DNA of 64,000 nucleotides from the NCBI GenBank assembly GCA_030390025.1, contig CM059432.1, forward strand, positions 61,196,001 to 61,260,000, given 5' to 3'. The notes under the pieces are model-generated. The model saw nothing but the letters and a program-made list of their open reading frames with translations. It was not told where the DNA came from and ran no database searches. The position numbers were made by a program, and so were the translations under genes. Shown in pieces: positions 50,079 to 62,362 of the stretch (position 1 is its first letter; every line of letters begins with the position of its first letter). The DNA is from Squalus acanthias. Lineage: Eukaryota.

Positions 50079-51380
50079 TGTTTCTTCTCTGGTTATTGAT
50101 CAAGGCAGTTTTTTTTTTTAATTGCTATGTTTTTCCAAATTATATATTGTTTTCATTCAATGCAGTGAGACACGCTGCAAATGTCAACACCACTTTTCAA
50201 TACTTGTTTAATATGCAGGCAACTGAATTTCCTGATCTATAATTTGCCAACGGTTTAACCCACATGAATTATCTGTGAATGAGCTCAAAAATGACTCATC
50301 ATTACAAATATTTTTCTCTTCTGTCCAGTAGAGCAATGCTGACAGTACCTGAAAGCGCGTGATTCTCCTCTCAGTTTTCAAGCCATGACAGTAGCCTTTG
50401 AAGATTCCACTAGTTCTAAGGCTGTTCCAAATTATGTCTACTGTAAAATTGCAGCAGCTACAATCTGTTTGACACCCTCACCATGATCATTAAACCGCTG
50501 CCATATCAGCAGTTAGAATCTTACCTTTTAAATGCTCCCAGAAATTTATGGTTGCAAACAATAAAAAAATCCTACTGATTTAATGGCTTTAAAAAGGAGC
50601 TTTCCTTCAAACAGATTTCCAGTCGCTAAAGTCACTATTATTGTAATTTTGGATCAACCGTCAACTTCAGTACAGCATTATCACTCATACAGTGCCAACT
50701 GCTACATTTGTAATATCCTTAAATGTAAACAAAAAAAACAGAAGAATTCATCATCTTATATTGTCACATCTGCCATTTTGAGTACTGCAGCAGGAAATGC
50801 AGCTGGTTAGATGTTGTCACGTCTCATATGCTGCTGAGAAAATATTCAAAGGATATTTCAGCAAGGGTGGGGAAACAATTAAGTGTGTGCCAAATTAAAA
50901 AGATGTTATTGTTATTTTGGAATGCCAAGCAAGTGTAGATTTTTATTGGGGATACTCCAGAGTCAGAGTTGAGAAATATGTTTTTTTTCAGCAGCAAAAT
51001 AAGGAGGAATGCTCCTTCAAATGGTCATTTCTATTGATGTTTTTATGATGAAGCATTTTATAAAGTTTGAATATGCATTTTCAAAATGATTGGCCAAGTC
51101 ATGAGGTACAATATTAGAAATAGATTCTTTTGAAGATAAAGTTAAATCAAAACCCAGATCAACATCCTAATTTTTTTAAATTATCAGGATTAAACTCTAT
51201 CCAACACAGGCAAGCTACATTATATAACTGTAGTAATAAAATATAAAATTATTGTATTTAATCTCATGAGTTTATATATTATTGAAACATGTATAGTTGA
51301 AGTATCCTTTTCCCCACAAAGTCTCTAATTGAACTCAAGGAACTTAACAACACAATTTAATAATGTACAATAGCACTAAC

Positions 51381-51522
51381 CATCCTGATGACTGTCAAGG
51401 TTCTGTGGACTATGCATTCTCTCTTCCAGGGTAGAGCTTTGGTCAGAGTTCATGCGATCGACTGACATCCATGTGGAGTCACTGAGTTCAAACTCTTCAC
51501 TGCTCAATGATTGTTCATCCTG
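51381..51522 (-). CDS. NOL4L: Internal coding exon of a nucleolar protein 4 family gene (NOL4L slightly favoured, NOL4 possible)
   Basis: Acceptor tttgtttcag, donor G|gttagt; 142 nt encoding QDEQSLSSEEFELSDSTWMSVDRMNSDQSSTLEERMHSPQNLDSHQD. From recall it matches human NOL4 (SDSTRMSAVNSDLSSNLEERMQSPQNL) and NOL4L (SDSTWMSAD...ERMRSPQNL). The paralog is not resolved. Confidence 0.85.
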
Positions 51523-51630
51523 CTGAAACAAAGATAAATCATTTGCAGTACTATATGTAAGACTTACTTCAGGAATTTCTCCCTCACTTTAAAACCATTT
51601 CAAGATACAAATTATATCCTTAAAGATTAT

Positions 51631-52534
51631 GGGGGGAAAATTCAGTTGGTTGCACCTCCCGTTAGCGTCTTAAGAGGGCGCTAATGGGGCGCAAAGCATC
51701 TAGTGCCCGGGCGCGGCGATGTTTGCGCCGCTCGCGAAATTAACTAGACATTTTGCGGTGGCGCTAAACGCTACCGCCACGATCTCCTGCACCGGCAGAT
51801 CGTGACGTCAGTCGAGTGCGCAACGCCCCGGTATCGCCCCGGAGCGGATATTGAGTGGCGCCCCCTGCCTTACCGCCTGCCGCTAGCAACGACAGGTTGA
51901 GGGGAGTGTTTTGCAGTCAGGAAGGGACTTGGGGGAGCGCTATTTAAAGGCGACCGCTTCCTGCCTTTTATTGTTGGTGACATTTTTGAACCACGCTTTC
52001 TGAGAGAGAGAGAGAGAGAGAGAGAGACACTTCTGGAGAGATTCAACACTGTGTGAAGGAGTTTTGGGTACTGAGCAGCACTTTGCAGGTTCATTTTGAT
52101 TTGCCCTTCCTTGTATCGATTTAGAAGAGACTTTGGGGGCTGCACTCTGAACTCTTTCCCTGGTACTCTCCATTGTTCTTTCCAGCAGATTTGATGTGCA
52201 GGTCTCTCCAGGCCGAGATTCAAGGCTGCAATGAGCAGGATGTGGATGGAAAGCAAGATCAACCCTCCCCTTTAAGAACTGGCCCGCGCCATTGTGTGTG
52301 TGTTCCATTGCTGACTGACATCACATGAGCTTCGCCCGCGCTCTGAGGTAGTGCCTCGCTCCTCGGCCTTTGCGCCTTAAGACAGGTGTGAAGCGCCTGA
52401 TTTAGCACTCCAATCACCTCCAGGGGCGATAAAAGTCAAATTTGCAGTCGGTGGCGATAATTAGCCCCAGGCGCTAATCTTTGCGCCCGGCCGATAATTG
52501 CGCCCCAAATGGGGCGATACTGAATTTATCCCCC
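51631..52534 (+). mobile_element. Intact Harbinger-type MITE with an internal (GA)n tract
   Basis: TIRs GGGGGGAAAATTCAGT / ACTGAATTTATCCCCC; TSD TAT at 51628-51630 and 52535-52537; GA tract at ~52002-52028. Confidence 0.88.
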
Positions 52535-53454
52535 TATAACTTTCTTTTATTCTTAATTCAGTATTTTCCTCCTTTTCATTTTTAATTAGCTGCTTGACTT
52601 CAGAATACTTGCCTTTACCTCAAAGTGAGAAACTGACCAGGTAACCAATACCTCACTATCTCATCAATAATGCATTTCCAATCAAAGCCTTAGCAGATAT
52701 GTTGATCAGGAGCACAACTAACCTTTAATAAAATATTCTATAGAATATCTTGACCCAATAACAACTAAAGATCTTGACCCTGAAATTCCTGTGCCATTGC
52801 ACCAGGAAACTGAGGTAATTTGTGCTGGAGGATCATAAAATAGGATAGAAACCTATGCCCCTGCCCCTTTTGCGCCCGTCAAAAATGCTACCAAAAATGA
52901 GAGTGGGTACATAATACGTAACATGACGATAGGCAATGAGAGAAATACATCATACAATGTATTTTGTGTCACTTGTCCCCTAATAATGTTGGGCATAAGG
53001 GGCACGTGCCAGTGCTGCTAAGGGGCTTAGGGAATTGAGTTAAATCTTAAATGGCCAGATTACCATTGATTGCATTAGGAAACTAACATAATACATAATT
53101 TTTTTAAATGTTCATTGTGCACCACAGTGATTTCCCTCCTCTTGACCAGTAGTGCAGTAAATGGCCCTGGTATTTCCTGAAATATCTAAATTCCCCAACC
53201 CCAGAAAATGTCCTAGGGTTTGCAACCACATGGTAGGTGGAAATCCTTCCCCTGTGGACTCAGGGCAGGAAACCCCATAAGGGCTTGGTTCAGGCCATAT
53301 GAAAGGAGATGAAGCGGTCAGTGAAACCCCACCACCACCCCAAGAACTGCCACATAGCACAGAAAGAGGTTCAATGATCTCACAATGGCATAAAGTTAAG
53401 TCAGCTGTTCCCAATTTATATCCTGTACCACTGACCAATCAGTAGAGAACAGCT

Positions 53455-54825
53455 TTACAAAGCTACTTGGGAAAGTAAGCTGTGAGGAGGACACAAAGAG
53501 CCTGCAAAGGGATATAGACAGGTTAAGTGAGTGGGCAATAAGGTAGCAGATGGAGTATAATGTGGGGAAATGTGAGGTAATTCGCTTTAGTAGGAAGAAT
53601 AGAAAAACAGAACTTTTTTTAAATGGTGAGAAATTATTAAATGTTGGTGTTCAGAGAGATTTAGGTGTCCTCGTACAGGAAACACAGGAAGTTAGCATGT
53701 AGGTACAGCAAGCAATTAGGAAGGCAAATGGCATGTTGGCCTTTATTGCAAGGGGGTTGGAGTATAAGAGTAAGGAAGTCTTACTACAATTGTACAGGGC
53801 TTTGGTGAAACCACACCTGGAGTACTGTACACAGTTTTAGGGGGAAAAATTCAGTATCGCCCCTTTTGGTGCGCTAACGTCGCCGGGTTTAGCGCCCCAA
53901 AAACATTAGTGCCCCTCTGCCTGAAATTCAGTTGTAGCACCCCAAGAAGGAGGTGGAGCGCTACTGGAAGCGCTCCATCTCCTTCTTGGGGCGCTACAAC
54001 TGAATATCGCGGCGCCACGTACAACAGCGCTTTGTCATGTGCCATGCGTGTTGGCACATAGCGCCGCGTCATTGCCGGCCTCCCTCTCCTGATTAAAGGG
54101 GAGGGGCCTAGCGTTCCGGGGAGCGGGGTGCCATGAAAACAGCCTGGCACTCGAGGAGTGCAGGGCTGAGCGATCGCGGCCGGCACCCCGAAGAAAAAAG
54201 GGGAAGGAAGCAGGTGCTGGCAATCGGCCCCAAAAAATGGCTGTCCGACACCTGCCCTTTAAGTAGCGCCGCCGCGGCTGCAAAATCGCCACCCTGACCC
54301 TGTCGGACATATCGTCCGCTGATAGGTCAGGGGGTGCAACAAAGGTTCACTGGATTGATCCCTGGGATGAGTGGTTTGTCCTATGAGGAGAGATTGACTG
54401 GATTGGGCCTATACTCTCTGGAGTTCAGAAGAATGAGAGGAGATCTCATTGAAACATATAAGATTCGGAGGGGGATTGACAAGGGTAGATGCTAAGAGGT
54501 TGTTTCCCCCTGGCTGGAGAGTCTAGAACTAGGGGGCATAGTCTCAGGATAAGGGGCCATTTAAGACTGAGATGAGGAGGAATTTTTTCACTCAGAGGGT
54601 TGTGAATCTTTGGAATTCTCTACCCGAAAGGGCTGTGAATGCTCAGTCGTTGAGTATATGCAAGGCTGAGATAGATAGATTTTTGGACTCTAGAGGAATC
54701 AAGGGATATGGGGATCAGGCGGGAAAGTGGAGTTGAGGTCGAAGATCAGCCATGATCTTATTGAATGGCAGAGCAGGCTCGAAGGGCCGTATGGCCTACT
54801 CCTGCTCCTAATTCGTATGTTGTTA
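53455..54825 (+). mobile_element. CR1 3' fragment interrupted by a MITE
   Basis: Same subfamily as 18465-20116. Confidence 0.88.
53840..54340 (-). mobile_element. Truncated Harbinger-type MITE (family of 127-2852)
   Basis: One TIR GGGGGAAAAATTCAGT after TTA; the other end is lost by a deletion at a GTGCAAC microhomology. Confidence 0.8.
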
Positions 54826-55226
54826 TGTAGATACAGGGCCCAGCAGAATAGTGCAAGGTGGAATCAACCTACACAAGGGTGCCAATTCTCAGGGCAGCAG
54901 CACGTTCCAGACCTCCAGCCTATACCCTCAAAGCACCATGCAAATGAGTAGTTACACACATTTAATGCTCAGTTATTCACGCAGTATGTTCGGAATTAGA
55001 GTCTGGTAGGACCAGAAAAGTCCAATGTGGTGTGAAGTTCCAAGATGTGCTTCGCTTTCAAAGATTTGGACTTGGACGGTAATGGATTAATGGCAGTGGT
55101 GACAAAGTGAGACACTGAAACAAAGGGCAATACTTGATTAATTATTTGAATTCTGATGCTCCTTGCAGCCATTACTGAGAAATCCTCTGAATGTCAGTCC
55201 TCTGATGCTCCTTCCATGCTCCCCTA

Positions 55227-57861
55227 CATAGAGTCATAGAGTTATACAGCACAGAAAGAGGCCCTTCGGCCCATCGTGTCCACACCGGCCATCAAGCCCT
55301 GTCTATTCTAATCCCATTTTCCAGCACTTGGTCCGTAGCCTTGTATGCTATGGCGTTTCAAGTGCTCATCTAAATGCTTCTTGAATGTTGTGAGGGTTCC
55401 TGCCTCTACCACACTTTCAGGCAGTGAGTTCCACATTCCAACCACCCTCTGGGTGAAAAAGTTTTTCCTCAAATCCCCATTAAACCTCCTGCCGCTTACC
55501 TTGAAACTATGCCCCCTGGTTATTGACCCCTCTACTAAGGGGAAAAGTTCCTTTCTATCTACTCTATCTATGCCCCTCATAATTTTGTACACCTCAATCA
55601 GGTCCCCCCTCAGCCTTCTCTGCTCTAAGGAAAACAACCCCAGCCTGTCCAGTCTATCTTCATAGCTGAAGCGCTGCAGCCCAGGTAACATCCCGGTGAA
55701 TCTCCTCTGCACCCTCTCCAATGCAATCACATCCTTCCTATAGTGTGGCGACCAGAACTGCACACAGTATTCCAGCAGTGGCCTAACTAGCGTTTTGTAC
55801 AGCTCCATCATAACCTCCCTGCTCTTATATTCTATGCCTCGGCTAATGAAGGCAAGTATCCCATATGCCTTTTTAACCACCTTATTTACCTGTCCTGCTG
55901 CCTTCAGGGATCTATGTACATGCACACCAAGGTCGCTCTGATCCTCTGTCCTTCCTTGGGTCCTACCATTCATTGTGTATTCCTTTGCCTTGTTAGTCCT
56001 CCCAAAATGCATCACCTCATACTTTTCAGGGTTAAATTCCATTTGCCACTGTTCTGCCCATCTGACCAACCCGTTTATATCGTCCTGTAGCCTGAGGCTT
56101 CCCTCCTCGCTATTTACCACCCCACCAATTTTCGTGTCATCTGCGAACTTACTGATCATACCTCCTACATTCATATCTAAATCATTAATGTACACTACAA
56201 ACAGCAAGGGACCCAGCACCGATCCCTGCGGTACACCACTGGACACAAGCTTCCAGTCACAAAAACAACCTTCGACCATCACCCTCTGCCTCCTGCCACT
56301 AAGCCAATTTTGGATCCAATGTGCCAAGTTGCCCTGGATCCCATGGGCTCTTACCTACTTGACCAGTCTCCCATGCGGGACTTTGTCAAAAGCCTTACTG
56401 AAGTCCATGTAAACCACATCAACTGCACTACCCTCATCCATACACCTAGTCACCCCCTCGAAAAATTCAATCAAATTGGTCAGACATGATCTCCCCCTGA
56501 CAAAGCTATGCTGACTATCCTTGATTAATCCTTGCCTCTCCAAGTGGAGACTAATTCTGTCCCTCAGATTTTTTTCCAATAATTTCCCTACCACTGATGT
56601 TAGGCTCACTGGCCTGTAATTCCGTGGTTTATACCGACTACCCTTCTTGAATAATGGTACTACATTAGCTGTTCTCCAGTCCTCTGGCACCTCCCCCGTG
56701 GCCAGAGAGGTTCTGAAAATTTGTGCCAGAGCCCCTGCAATCTCCTCCCTTGCCTCACACAGCAGCCTGGGATACATCTCGTCTGGGCCTGGGGATTTAT
56801 CCACTTTTAAGCCCGCTAAAACCGCTAGTACCTCCTCCCTCTCAATACTAATTTGTTCAAGTATATCACAGTCCCCCTGCCTGATTTCTATGCCTACATC
56901 GTCCTTCTCCATAGTGAACACAGATGCAAAATATTCATTTAAAACCCCATCTACATCTTCTGGCTCTACACACAGATTGCCACTTTGGTCCCTAATTGGC
57001 CCTACTCTTTCCCTGGTTATCTTCTTGCCCTTAATATACTTATAAAGCACCTTGGGATTTTCCTTTATTTTGCCCGCCAGTGTTATTTCATGCCCCCTCT
57101 TCGCTCTCCTAATTTCTTTTTTAAGTACCCCCCTGCACTTTCGATACTCCTCTAGGGCTTCCACTGTCTTTAGTCCTTTTTTTCCTAATCCATTCTCGTA
57201 TAGCCCTTGACATCCAGGGTTCCCTGGGCTTGTTGGTCCCACCCTTGACCTTTACGGGAACATGTTGCCGTTGTACTCTCTCTATTTCCTTTCTGAAAGA
57301 CTCCCACGGCTCTGATGTGGATATTCCTACAAGTAGCTGATCCCAGTCCACTTTGGCCAGATCCTGCCTTATCATATTAAAATCGGCCTTCCCCCCCCCA
57401 ATTTAGAACCTTTATTTCCGGTCCATCTTTGTCCTTTTCCATGACTACCTTAAATCTCACCAAATTATGGTCACTGTCACCAAAATGCTCTCCTACTAAC
57501 ACTTCTACCACTTGCCTGGCTATATTCCCCAGAATTAGGTCCAGTACCGCCCCCTCTCTTGTAGGACTTTCTACATGCTGGCTCAAAAAGCTCTCCTGGA
57601 TGCACTTTAAGAATTCCACACCCTCTAAGCCTTTCACTCTCTGACTATCCCAGTTAATATTGGGGAAGTTTAAATCCCTTACTATTATTACCCTATTATT
57701 TCTACACTTCTCTGAGATTTGACTACATATCTGTTCCTCTATCTCCCCCTGACTGTTTGGGGGCCTATAGTACACTCCCAGCAAAGTGCTTGCCCCCTTT
57801 TTGTTTTTAAGTTCTACCCATATGGCCTCATTAGAGGAACCTGCTAAGATATCATCCCTCC
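55227..57861 (-). mobile_element. Young CR1, 5'-truncated
   Basis: ORFs 57377-57886, 56355-57242 and 55308-56327, then a 3' UTR and tail. Confidence 0.95.
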
Positions 57862-59553
57862 AATGCAACTGGGTCCACCTTCCCAAGAATCTCCATATTC
57901 CAAGCCTTTTTGGACATCAAAGTTGTGCAGGGCAGAACAAGCTACCACTGTGCAGGATACATGTTCTGGGGCATATTGCAGAGCCCCTCCAGATCTAACA
58001 AAGCAGCAAAAGCACTCTTAAGACACCCATAGTTCCCTGAATTACCACTCTTGTAGAAATAGGTCATGTTATCATATTCCTCAGCTGCTAATCTTGCTCA
58101 CAGAGGGGCCCTGATCCATGGTTCATTTTGTCACCTACAAGCCATCTGGTTACTTTGCATTCTTCCTTGAAAATATCAGGGAGAGCAGAATTCCTTAGGA
58201 TAAATGCATCATGGCAACTTCCAGCAAATGAGGAACTGGCATACAGAATTCTTTGCATTTGGTCACCCATGATCTGTATATTCAGCAAGTGAAAGCCTTT
58301 TCTATTCAAAATGTTAGGGTATTCCTGTAAGAATTTGCAATGCTAGAGGAGTGCCATCTATTTCACCCTGCACTTTGGGGAACTCTGTCTTTATCATGCT
58401 GCTGCCTGCTATTCATACCAAACTGAATGAATTCTCCTGCTCTCCTAAGAATGGTGTCAGTGCCTTGACGAATAGAGCCACAGACAGCACCCTGAGCAAT
58501 ATTACGCAGGTTGTCTACGGCTACTTGAAATGAATCAAAGGCATAAAAGTTGAGTAAAAATTGAGAGGTCGCACAACACCAGGTTATAGTCCAACAGTTT
58601 TATTTTAAATCACAAGCTTTCGGAGTTAAAACTCCTTCAAGGAGTTTTAACTCCGAAAGCTTGTGATTTAAAATAAAACTGTTGGACTATAACCTGGTGT
58701 TGTGCGACCTCTCAATTTTGTCCACCCCAGTCCAACACCGGCATCTCCGCATCATAAAAGTTGAGTGCCATTGTAGCTTTCACTGCCACAGGCAGAGCCG
58801 CCGAGGCAGTTAATCTTGGCTGCAGGTCTTTATGCGAAAGATAGTTTTCTACAGTCTATTTGGTAGCAAGCACTCTTCTCAGACAGAGCTCCTTACTAAG
58901 GACCTGTGTGGTTGGCGAATTCTTTTGGTGGGGAAGGTGGGGGTGGTAATATTTTGTGCAGTGCATCCTCTTCAAATGCTGCCTTACCCTCCTTTTCTTC
59001 ATCCTATAATAATCCTCCTCCATTAAAATAGCAAACAAGGGAATACCCATTGGGAATCCCATAACTCAGAACCTCTTACTTTGTTGGGGTGGATAATTTT
59101 CCTGGTGGTCTCACAAGCCCTCAGGTCACCAGAGGCAGTGTCAGTTCTCTTAAGGTGTACAGCAAAAACATTTTCTCCAAATCCTCCCTTGTAAGCCCAG
59201 CAATTACTTTCTAAAGTTTCTCCAGGCTCCAAAGTAAAGCACTTCCACCACTATTAGCTTATGCTGGCAACAGATATGCCTCTTTTATCTCGTTGTGAAT
59301 AACCCTTGGTGTAATGGTGCGGTAATCACAGGATTTGGGAACTCCTATGCCATTCCAAATCACAAATACATTCTAATGAACTCCCAGCAGCACAAGCATA
59401 CACACTTATCAGAAGGCCCAGACCAAAATGGAAATGGCAGCACACCTTAAATGGGAATTAAGCTGTCTTAAATGGGATTCTCCCCAATTTGTAGGCCTCA
59501 AACTCCATTCAAGCACCATAGAATCACTGAAAAAGTCAAGCAAATTCAGGGCC
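57862..59553 (-). pseudogene. PIF/Harbinger element with decayed HARBI1-like transposase (coding ~59062 to 57862)
   Basis: ELCLRR, LPVAVKATMALNFY, NRKGFHLLNIQ, GSCHDAFILRNS, LVGDK, RSGGALQYAPEHVS..VVACSALHN. Candidate TIR GGCCCTGAATTTGC at 59540-59553. Confidence 0.85.
58556..58752. mobile_element. Mini Penelope P2 perfect hairpin insertion
   Basis: 81-bp perfect arms 58557-58637 / 58639-58719 plus a tail; TSD CATAAAAGTTGAGT at 58542-58555 and 58753-58766. Confidence 0.92.
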
Positions 59554-60214
59554 TAGGCATCGATTGGACAGTTCCAGTAACTGGTATTCCCAACACCTGT
59601 GTCCTGTTGCTGCTCCTGCAGATGATAACCCACTTTTTTCTTTCTACACTTTTCCTGCATCATGCACTGTCTCTTGAGTACAATCCAAAAACTCCTCAGT
59701 CTCCCTGATGCTGTAGTGTCACCATCTGCCCCTCAAACACAGAGATCCTTGTTGCAGAGGCTCAATTTTCTGGCACAGTAGCACTGAGGATCCATGATGG
59801 CCCACACATTGCACGTCACGGTTATCCCTCTACATCTAACTTAAAAACTAAGATATTGTTAGCCTGAACTCCCACTAACATCAAACTCTCACTAGGATCA
59901 AATCTGTTTACTTAACGCAAGTATTATAAAAAAAACCTGCTGTTCCACAGCACCTATGCCCCAATCAATCCTGTTGAGGCTAAACGCAACACTCTTCTGG
60001 CCTTTCGCACTCCACTCACCTCAGCTTGGCACTACCTCCTCTCCTAGCCACCACTTTCTTGCTCAACCCCTGTATCCACTCTCCATTCCTTCCCTCTCAA
60101 CCCTATTCTCCCCCAAGGTCAGGTGACCAAGTACCAGAGACATACTCACCCACACCTCATCACCTGCTTCAACCCTTCCCTTACCCAAACCACAAATCCT
60201 GACTATAATATTAT

Positions 60215-60716
60215 GGCCCGAAATTTCAGCAAAGGCGTTCACCGCTGGCCCCGACAAAAGCTGCCCACAGAGATCTCACGATCTCTCTATCTCTCTGGCG
60301 AGAAGTTTGCCTTTTTTGTTAATTTGATTTCAGTGCAGTGTAGTGGGAATTCCTTAGTGCAATCTGCTGTGACAGATTGTCTAAGCAGCCAATCACATTG
60401 CAAAATTCTCACAGACAGGGAACCAGGAAATGAGAAGCTGCTTTTATCCGGACTTTTTAAAAATGTTACAGAGAGCAAAACAAAGATTGGGGCTCTCACA
60501 TGGGGTAACAACGAACAGTGGAATAGCTCACGTTTTCGTCAGTTTCATGGATTTCACTAATTACGCTGATTGCCAGCTATGGGGATGGGGGGGAGGGGGC
60601 ACAATGCAGCCAATGTCGGAACAGAGAATGACCGCAACTTCAGGATTTCCGCGTTTAAATGCGCATGCGCTACATCCTGAAGTTGCGGTCAGTTTCAAAG
60701 GGGTAACAATGGCGAT
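60215..60716 (-). mobile_element. MITE fragment related to 33242 and 61262
   Basis: TIR-like GGCCCGAAATTTC and the shared GCAACTT...AAGTTGC internal inverted repeat. Confidence 0.55.
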
Positions 60717-61261
60717 ATAAAGAGGATCTACGCATTATAAAAGGATCTATTACATTCTCAAAGTAAAACATAAACAATTGTGTTCAGTTCCATTGTGCAC
60801 TCCTCCTGAAGTTCTATTATTACTCGTTTATAAAATGGAGAACCTCAAATCTTCAACTTGAAAGAAACAGCAGTTTCACAAATGTATGCATTTTCAAAAC
60901 AAATCACTAACCTATTTTTCATCTGATTTTTCTAATAAAGCTTGCATTTAAACAAGTATGTGGTACACACTGTAATTTGAATTTTGCTTCGTAATTGGTT
61001 CAGTCAACCGTTTTACTTTTACTTTGAAACTGTATCATGTAGTTAACTTTTGCAGCATCAGGCCTCTGGTGTGTTTATTGATGGCTCTGGTGGAGGCATG
61101 CACCTCCTATATCTGCACACCACTGCTTTTCGTGGCTGACAGAGCGATCATGTTCCAGGGCTGGAGTGAATGTCACTGGTCTCGTAGGATCCAACCTTGC
61201 ATATTTTTTTGTTGGGAGCTAATAATGGAGACATGGCAGATTGCCTTAAAATAAAAATATT

Positions 61262-62027
61262 GGCCCGGATTTTGTGTTAATAATAACGGTGAGTCTGTCA
61301 GCGCTCACCGTTATTATGGAGTAAATCCAACAGCAACTTCTGGAGTATGAACATACGCAGTTAAATGTGGAAATCCGGAAGTTGTGGTCTGAGTTACCCT
61401 GCTCCTCCACAGGCTGCACTATAACAGAACCTCACCGATAGACTCGGCACTGAAATACATGTAACGGTGTGAAGTTGGGGTACTTACCCACTAGTTACCC
61501 ACTAAACACACCAGAAAAAATTAGGGCTGGTGCATTCAGGAGTAAGTGAATTTTTAACGGCGTGATAAGTGATAATTACTGCCGAACAACCTCTCTGGCC
61601 CTGAAAATTTTATTTTCTAAGTGTGGAGTTTCATTCCTTCAGAAGTTAATTAGTGTTGGAGATTTAAAAGAAATTAAAATTAAAATAATGTTTTTACATT
61701 TTCTGTCTGTTTTATCTCTCTCTTAATCCCATCTTTCTTTCCCAATCTTTATTTCGCTTTCTGTACATGATTGAAATCTAATTTGTACTTCCTGGTTTAG
61801 ACTCTGCGTGTCTCAGTGAGGATTCTTCGACCTGATTGGTTGAAGAGCCTTACTGTCTCTTGCCTTGTTCACAGACGCCACAGATCCCCTGCAGAGGGCA
61901 CCGCACAAGATCAGACACCAGATCAGAGCAGGTCTCCGCTCCAAAGCCTGCGAAAAATTTGTGGGCAGCTGCCAGCATAATTAATGGCGAGCATCATTTC
62001 TTCGCCACTGACTGCAAAATCTGGGAC
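61262..62027 (+). mobile_element. Harbinger-type MITE
   Basis: TIRs GGCCCGGATTTTG / CAAAATCTGGGAC; homologous to 33242-33911. Confidence 0.75.
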
Positions 62028-62155
62028 AATATCACTGCTGCTGGGAAAGGTGCATTCATATTCATTAATCTGTACATCGGGACATTGACTGAATAGCATC
62101 CTTTGCATTTCAGATTTCATTATTGTGTGCAGGAATACATAGGGCTACACTTGAA

Positions 62156-62362
62156 GTGTCGACCGTGACTCAGTGGTAGCACTCATGCCTCTGAGTCAGG
62201 AGGTTGTGAGAATGAAGTCCCACTCCAGAGATTTTAGCACAAAATCCAGACTGATACTCCCAAGGGAGTGCTGCACCGTCGGTGGTACTTTTCAGATGCG
62301 ACATTAAACTGAAGCCCCCTTTTCCCTCTCAGGTGGAGGTAAAAGATCCCATGGCACTATTA
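62156..62362 (+). mobile_element. Deu-SINE 5' part
   Basis: tRNA-like head through AAAGATCCCATGGCACTATT. Confidence 0.75.

Noticed and set aside
45557..58752. The two perfect hairpins as assembly artefacts or miRNA genes
   Set aside because: Each has a TSD, an asymmetric tail and PLE-terminal sequence, and each cleanly interrupts another element. Near-perfect 80-90 bp stems are not typical pre-miRNAs.
57862..59062. Domesticated host HARBI1 gene
   Set aside because: It has multiple frameshifts and stops, a PLE insertion and a nearby TIR; it is a transposon fossil.
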